A program made the translations under genes and the position numbers. Shown one piece after another: positions 61,364 through 64,000 of a DNA stretch of 64,000 nt (within the stretch, counting starts at the first letter, position 1; every line of letters starts with the position of its first letter). The notes beneath the pieces were generated by a model. That model did no database searches, was not told the DNA's origin, and saw nothing but the letters and a program-made list of their open reading frames with translations. The stretch comes from an uncultured Rubripirellula sp. Its GTDB lineage: Bacteria > Planctomycetota > Planctomycetia > Pirellulales > Pirellulaceae. The stretch lies in contig CALKGR010000001.1 in assembly GCA_938085445.1 (NCBI GenBank), positions 96,001 to 160,000 on the forward strand. Reading direction: 5' to 3'.

Positions 61364-62119
61364 TCATTCTGTCAAATTGGGTTCGACTGAATTGTGCTTT
61401 GTAAGCTCACGTGAGCCATCGGCAGTATCCAACCATATACGCTTCTCAGCAAACTCGATCTCTGGTAGTTGCGTCTCTATTACGTCCATGAGTGCTTCCA
61501 TTTTTTCCCGCTGCTTCTGATGACTGAACCCCTTACCCGTCACACGAAACACGAGGCCCGGCGTTATACCGTCTTCCGTCTTGAAGGGTATCAATGAGAC
61601 AGATACACCGTCGATGCGGTATCCTGCGATCCATTTTCCAGTGGGCTGCCGATACTGCTCAGACAAACGCATCAACAACGGTTCCATTGAGTCCCAATAC
61701 TCGAGGTGGGGTTTGCCGACCTCCCGGTTTATAACCAACATATAGCCCTGATAGCGGTACACAGCTTGCGACTCACGACTGAACCTGAAATAACCCATTA
61801 ACACCGCGAGCACCGAGACAAGGACGATGATTCCCGACAGGGTTACTTTCTTTCCTTTGAAAAAGATCAGCTTGTAATTGAGATATGCAACAGTTGAGAT
61901 CAACAGGCTCAGGACGAAATAGATCTCGGAAGGGATAAGAATATCTTTCAATCCAATCAGAAACAGAAGAATCAGACCGACCTGCACCAAGTGTTTAAAC
62001 CAGGCTTTCTCCACCAACGTTCGTAAAGTCAAGCGATTTGTAGATCCCGGCTGCTTGGCAATTTTAGGGTCATCATTGGATGTGTCTAGATTCATGTCAT
62101 GCTTAGCAGGTTTTGCCAC
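61364..62119 (-). CDS. Hypothetical membrane protein (3 TM), islet cargo
   Basis: 251-aa ORF with three hydrophobic helices and a soluble C-terminus, lying between the two galM 3' copies. Confidence 0.7.
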   Translation of the reverse strand: MAKPAKHDMNLDTSNDDPKIAKQPGSTNRLTLRTLVEKAWFKHLVQVGLILLFLIGLKDILIPSEIYFVLSLLISTVAYLNYKLIFFKGKKVTLSGIIVLVSVLAVLMGYFRFSRESQAVYRYQGYMLVINREVGKPHLEYWDSMEPLLMRLSEQYRQPTGKWIAGYRIDGVSVSLIPFKTEDGITPGLVFRVTGKGFSHQKQREKMEALMDVIETQLPEIEFAEKRIWLDTADGSRELTKHNSVEPNLTE

Positions 62120-62127
62120 CTGATACT

Positions 62128-62277
62128 TTAAAATGACGAGGCGACAATGGGAGCATCCATCTCATTTCCGCACTTCGATGAGTCACGCATCATTGGCTGC
62201 TCGATCCAGTTGATTGTCCAGAGCAGGATCTCCCGGATGTAGTGCACAGCTGGACTCCAGGAAACGACGCGAGCCAA
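62128..62277 (-). CDS. Putative 49-aa small protein
   Basis: TTG start 7 nt after GGAGG within AGGAGGTGAT; translates (M)ARVVSWSPAVHYIREILLWTINWIEQ...SSF*. Confidence 0.3.
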   Translation of the reverse strand: MARVVSWSPAVHYIREILLWTINWIEQPMMRDSSKCGNEMDAPIVASSF

Positions 62278-62527
62278 GGAATCACCTCCTCAATTTCGTG
62301 ATGTCAAAAAATAGCAACAACCGGAAGTTGGGAAAACCTTTCCTATCAGTTGGCTGCAGCACTTCGATTTCTTCATCATTCGAAATAACAATCACGACGC
62401 ACGACATCAGTTACTGTTGATTCCCAAGGGTACCAGGACTGCTAACCAACCACCAAAATCGCAGCAGTGGCAAACCCTCCATTTTCAGTTACTGGGCAAG
62501 AGTGATCCTAAGTGAATGTTCAGTTGG

Positions 62528-63649
62528 TCACTGTGTTGAAAATCGGTGCACTGTGACTTGGTGCAACTTTTCTCCGGGCTTCAACAATGTCGTTGGAAAA
62601 GATTCCCGGTTTGGCGCGTTGGGATAATGTTGGGTTTCGAGACAAAATGCTTCGTGCCCTCCATAGCCATTGGACCTCTCGTTACCTGGCAGATGATTCG
62701 CTGTGTAAAGCTGCATCCCCGGTTGTGTGGTTTCGATTGCCAGTATCCGGCCTGATTCTGGATCAACGACCCGTGCAGCACTACGCAACTCGCCGGGTGT
62801 TCCCCGGACAACATAGCAATGATCATAACCCTTGGTCGCACTTAGCTGCTCAATACGGTCCCCCAAAGCTGTCCCACTTCGGAAATCCAGGACTGTGCCC
62901 TCTACTGAATTCAATTTACCCGTTGGAATCAGATCATCATCCACATCCAGGTACTGGTCAGCTTCAATCGTTGCAATGTGATCCATGGCAGAACCACTGC
63001 CGGCACCTGCAAGGTTCCAGTAACTGTGGTTTGTAAGATTGACATGAGTGGGTGCATCTGTCGTCGCCTTGTACGCGATTCGCAATTCGTTGTTATCATT
63101 CCACGAATACTCTGCAGTTGCCTGTACCGTTCCAGGGTAGCCCTCCTGTCCGTCAGGGCTTGTCAGGTGAAATCGAACACCGACTGCATCATCCGTGCGA
63201 AATGTTTCACCATTCCAATTCTGGTACGTAAAATTGTTTTTCCCGCCGTGAATGTGGTGTTTGCCGGCATTTGTCGTGACCTGATAGGCCTTACCACCAA
63301 TCGTGAATTTTCCCTCTTCAATCCGATTGCAAAACCGTCCGACCGTGCTGCCAAAATAAGGATGCCCGTCAAGGTAGGGTGCAAGTTCGTCAAACGCGAG
63401 ATTCACATTTGCCCGATTCCCTTCTCGGTCAGGGACGTTGACATCGAGTAAGGTGGCTCCCCAAGTCATGACCGAAACACTGTTGCCATGCGAATTAGTC
63501 AAAGTGAACCGAGTGACGTCTTGACCGTCCTGAGTAGCACCAAATACGTTGGATTGGATGTTCATGGTGGGATTAGCAGCGAGCGAGTTGGCAAAACAGG
63601 TAATAATCGCGATAATAGGCATCGCGGTGAAGAACAAGCGTAGCATCAT
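62528..63649 (-). CDS. galM: Aldose 1-epimerase (galactose mutarotase) with putative signal peptide
   Basis: YFGSTVGRFCNRI, HIHGG, NLTNHSYWNL, GYDHCY, FCLETQHYP. Confidence 0.95.
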   Translation of the reverse strand: MMLRLFFTAMPIIAIITCFANSLAANPTMNIQSNVFGATQDGQDVTRFTLTNSHGNSVSVMTWGATLLDVNVPDREGNRANVNLAFDELAPYLDGHPYFGSTVGRFCNRIEEGKFTIGGKAYQVTTNAGKHHIHGGKNNFTYQNWNGETFRTDDAVGVRFHLTSPDGQEGYPGTVQATAEYSWNDNNELRIAYKATTDAPTHVNLTNHSYWNLAGAGSGSAMDHIATIEADQYLDVDDDLIPTGKLNSVEGTVLDFRSGTALGDRIEQLSATKGYDHCYVVRGTPGELRSAARVVDPESGRILAIETTQPGMQLYTANHLPGNERSNGYGGHEAFCLETQHYPNAPNRESFPTTLLKPGEKLHQVTVHRFSTQ

Positions 63650-63763
63650 GACGTTTTTCGGAGCGTTCGTGTACCAGACAAGTGAGAGCTTTACGTTAAC
63701 CGACATCGCGTGCAAATTCACCTTGTGCAGCTCATTGATTTTGAAAAAGTGCGTCCCATCTCT

Positions 63764-64000
63764 GTGTCTACATTACCTGCCCTTTCACCGCTAAGCATTG
63801 GGAATGTCAACATTGGCTTTCCTATCGTGCAAGCTGCCTTGTCAGGCTACAGCGACCTTCCGATGCGAGTGATTGCGCGTCAATACGGTGCCAGTTACGC
63901 AATTTGCGAGGTAATGCTGGACCAGTTCCTGCTAGCCCTTAGCAAACGTCAGAAAACAAAACACTTCCTGGATATCCATCCCACAGAACACCCGGTGGGT
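63764..64000 (+). CDS. tRNA-dihydrouridine synthase (Dus family), N-terminal part truncated by window edge
   Basis: My translation: VSTLPALSPLSIGNVNIGFPIVQAALSGYSDLPMRVIARQYGASYAICEVM...EHPVG, matching the Dus N-terminal pattern A.(M/L).G.SD..R...R..GA....E. Not in the ORF track. Confidence 0.82.
   Translation, partial: MSTLPALSPLSIGNVNIGFPIVQAALSGYSDLPMRVIARQYGASYAICEVMLDQFLLALSKRQKTKHFLDIHPTEHPVG

Noticed and set aside
61170..61367. 65-aa ORF as a functional gene
   Set aside because: Only its last ~46 codons are galM-derived and the N-terminus is unrelated junction sequence, so it is treated as a remnant.
62275..62292. 16S rRNA 3'-end fragment (ATCACCTCCT)
   Set aside because: The match is only about 10 nt and the flanks are not rRNA-like; it reads better as a minus-strand SD or chance.
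61170..62668. Diversity-generating retroelement TR/VR pair
   Set aside because: Differences are mainly synonymous third-position changes rather than adenine-specific, and there is no reverse transcriptase in the window.
1..64000. CRISPR array, tRNA/rRNA, IS or prophage genes
   Set aside because: I saw no regularly spaced repeats, cloverleaf or rRNA sequence, or transposase, integrase or phage motifs.

Overview
Gene-dense chromosomal segment from a Planctomycetota bacterium, most likely Pirellulaceae. This is inferred from the DUF1501 + DUF1549/DUF1553 pair, a PVC-type haem-binding CxxCH protein, an ECF sigma/Ser-Thr kinase pair and an extended CsrA. About 50 CDS are present: housekeeping (dapL-like, rpsT, cobA-hemD, mobA, moeA, asnB, metG, nagB, galM, partial dus), carbohydrate and phosphate enzymes, proteases and signalling proteins. 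I saw no rRNA, tRNA, CRISPR array, transposase or integrase. The most interesting items are: (1) a four-gene operon encoding a PspA/ESCRT-III-like coiled-coil protein, an FHA-like protein, a multi-TM Ser/Thr kinase and a membrane-anchored protein (28051-32538); (2) a tandem HtrA-like pair whose second member has a PDZ inserted inside the protease domain, Cys replacing the catalytic Ser and no catalytic His; (3) a ~1.2 kb islet bracketed by two ~79%-identical copies of the galM 3' end; (4) an ECF sigma with Ser in its DAED motif next to a kinase, divergent from an EF-hand/DUF1553/DUF1501 operon. All family calls come from motif recognition by eye, not database searches.
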